DNA of 64,000 nt, taken from contig NC_058368.1 in the NCBI RefSeq assembly GCF_018350175.1, forward strand, positions 112,966,001-113,030,000. The letters are read 5' to 3'. How positions within the stretch are numbered: position 1 is the first letter of the stretch; every line of letters begins with the position of its first letter. The translations under genes were made by a program, and so were the position numbers. This document shows positions 62,590 through 64,000 of this stretch, piece by piece. This stretch comes from Felis catus. Its lineage: Eukaryota. Below the pieces are notes generated by a model that was not told the DNA's origin, made no database searches, and saw only the letters and a program-made list of their open reading frames with translations.

Positions 62590-62647
62590 GCCCCCGCGGC
62601 CTGCGTCTGTGCCCGTGGTCTGCACCTCTGCCATGCGGTGAGGCCAG
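62590..62647 (+). ncRNA. Candidate exon (58 nt)
   Basis: Acceptor cttcccctccgttcttgctgcacgtgccgttccag| and consensus donor CAG|gtgagt. Confidence 0.3.
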
Positions 62648-62912
62648 GTGAGTCGGCAGGGCACAGCAGGGTGCCTGGAGGCCATTCTCACAGCAGATGG
62701 CAGGGGATGACGAGGCACAGAGAGGGCGGCCCCGTCCAAAAACGTAGCCCACTAGGCCCAAACGAAATGCGTTCAGAAGTCAGCTTCTCCTTAGCCCGAT
62801 CCAAAAAAGTTCTCCTACCTTCTCCGACACTGCTCAAAACAGGAGGATCAGTGACCTAAGGGAAGTTGCCTTGAGAAGAGGGCACAGTCACGGCCGACGG
62901 TAATTCCCGTAC

Positions 62913-63282
62913 CTGGTTTTTTTTTTCTAATTTCGCAAAAGCACCTGTCAACGGGAAGACATTGCTAGATCCTTAAGACCCGAATCAGGACCTAAATCGT
63001 AAGCCTCCTTTGCTTCAGGTAAAACTACCTTTGTCTGGAGCGAGCAGAGGGTACAGATGGGCTGATGGGGATCATTCATAAATAATCTCCTCTTCTTCAT
63101 GTTCATTTCATGGCCCAGTCCTGCCACTAGCTTCCCGCCCCAAGTGCCCCTCTGCGACCAAGGCAAGATGCCAAACCGTTGACCTTTGCTGCCGCCTCGG
63201 CCTAAACGGTGTTTCTTCCTTGCGCATGCGGGACAAGAGCCAAGACCTGTTTTTCTCCCTGACCCCTGCTCCATCACCTGGC
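62913..63282 (-). other. Candidate minus-strand exon containing the 109-aa ORF 62948-63277
   Basis: Acceptor acacccttctcctctcag| and donor CAG|gtacgg; no recognisable protein family. Confidence 0.25.
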
Positions 63283-64000
63283 CTGAGAGGAGAAGGGTGT
63301 GGTATAGAGAGAGGAGGAAATTTGTTGTCAGTCTGGGTCAAGGAGTCAAGCCTCCGCTCTCCGTCCAGTGGAACTTGATCTGCACCGTGGGACCCACCGA
63401 CCCCACTTCTGGGAGTCTCCTCTTTTTCTTGGGATGCAAGAGTCACTCAGAGATATTCTCAGTGAGTTAGAATGATTTAAAGAAGCTATCTTGAGCTGTC
63501 ATGATTGACACATGAGGTTTTTCTGTAAAGATCTACATTCCACGTTTCTTCTAGAATGCGTCTAAGTATAGATATCCCTGGTAGCTATGGCTCCATAAAC
63601 AGAGTGAATTCTAATTTGAATCCTTGCCCTCCTTTTCTCTTTCAAGGAAAATCATCTGTGTTATCAAGTTGGTGGTGATTCATGCTCAGCCAGTCACGTT
63701 AGATCTGTCAGTTACAGGAACTCATGTATTAGGAGTGTTGAAAACGGAAGCTGGAAGACAGAGCTTGCTTCTCAGAGTACTCCAACCTAATTTATATCAG
63801 AAAAACATAAAAATTCATTTGGGCCGGAATGGACTGAAAAACACCTGACCTGATGGGTAATGAATGCCTCACTGAAGCCTCAGGTCCTCTGTCAGAATCG
63901 AGCAAGTGAGGACGGGACTGGACTGTCACACCCTGGCGTCAGCCTGTGGCTCCCCTGGGCCTTGAGAGCTGGTCCTCACCCCAGTTCCCTGAGTGACTCC

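Noticed and set aside
1..64000. CRISPR arrays, operons, rRNA, known miRNA or snoRNA genes
   Set aside because: Mammalian repeat-rich DNA with no regularly spaced repeat-spacer array; no RNA gene recognised by eye (an Infernal/Rfam scan would be needed to exclude them)

Overview
Mammalian genomic DNA, almost certainly from a felid: the window carries about 30 tRNA-derived Can-SINEs of the SINEC_Fc type, several with intact target-site duplications (TSDs). It also holds old MIR, L2 and L1M fragments, carnivore L1 3' ends, MaLR/ERVL LTRs, hAT/Tigger MITEs and microsatellites. I recognise no known protein-coding gene, and most ORFs in the track are repeat-derived or chance ORFs; the only clear protein homology is a decayed L1 ORF1 at ~40.1-40.9 kb (minus). 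Non-repeat signals are: a GGA-repeat candidate exon at ~1.5 kb; a CpG-rich promoter-like region at ~11.75-12.35 kb with a consensus ISRE, two FOX sites and a downstream splice donor; a chain of plus-strand exon-like segments suggesting a spliced, mostly non-coding transcript; and a cluster of minus-strand exon-like segments at 56-63 kb that can be joined in one open frame. The clearest structural oddity is a 119-bp locally templated duplication (18018-18136 vs 19029-19147). Repeat family names come from recalled consensus sequences, repeat boundaries are approximate, and all exon models are untested inference. There is no evidence of prokaryote-type systems such as CRISPR.
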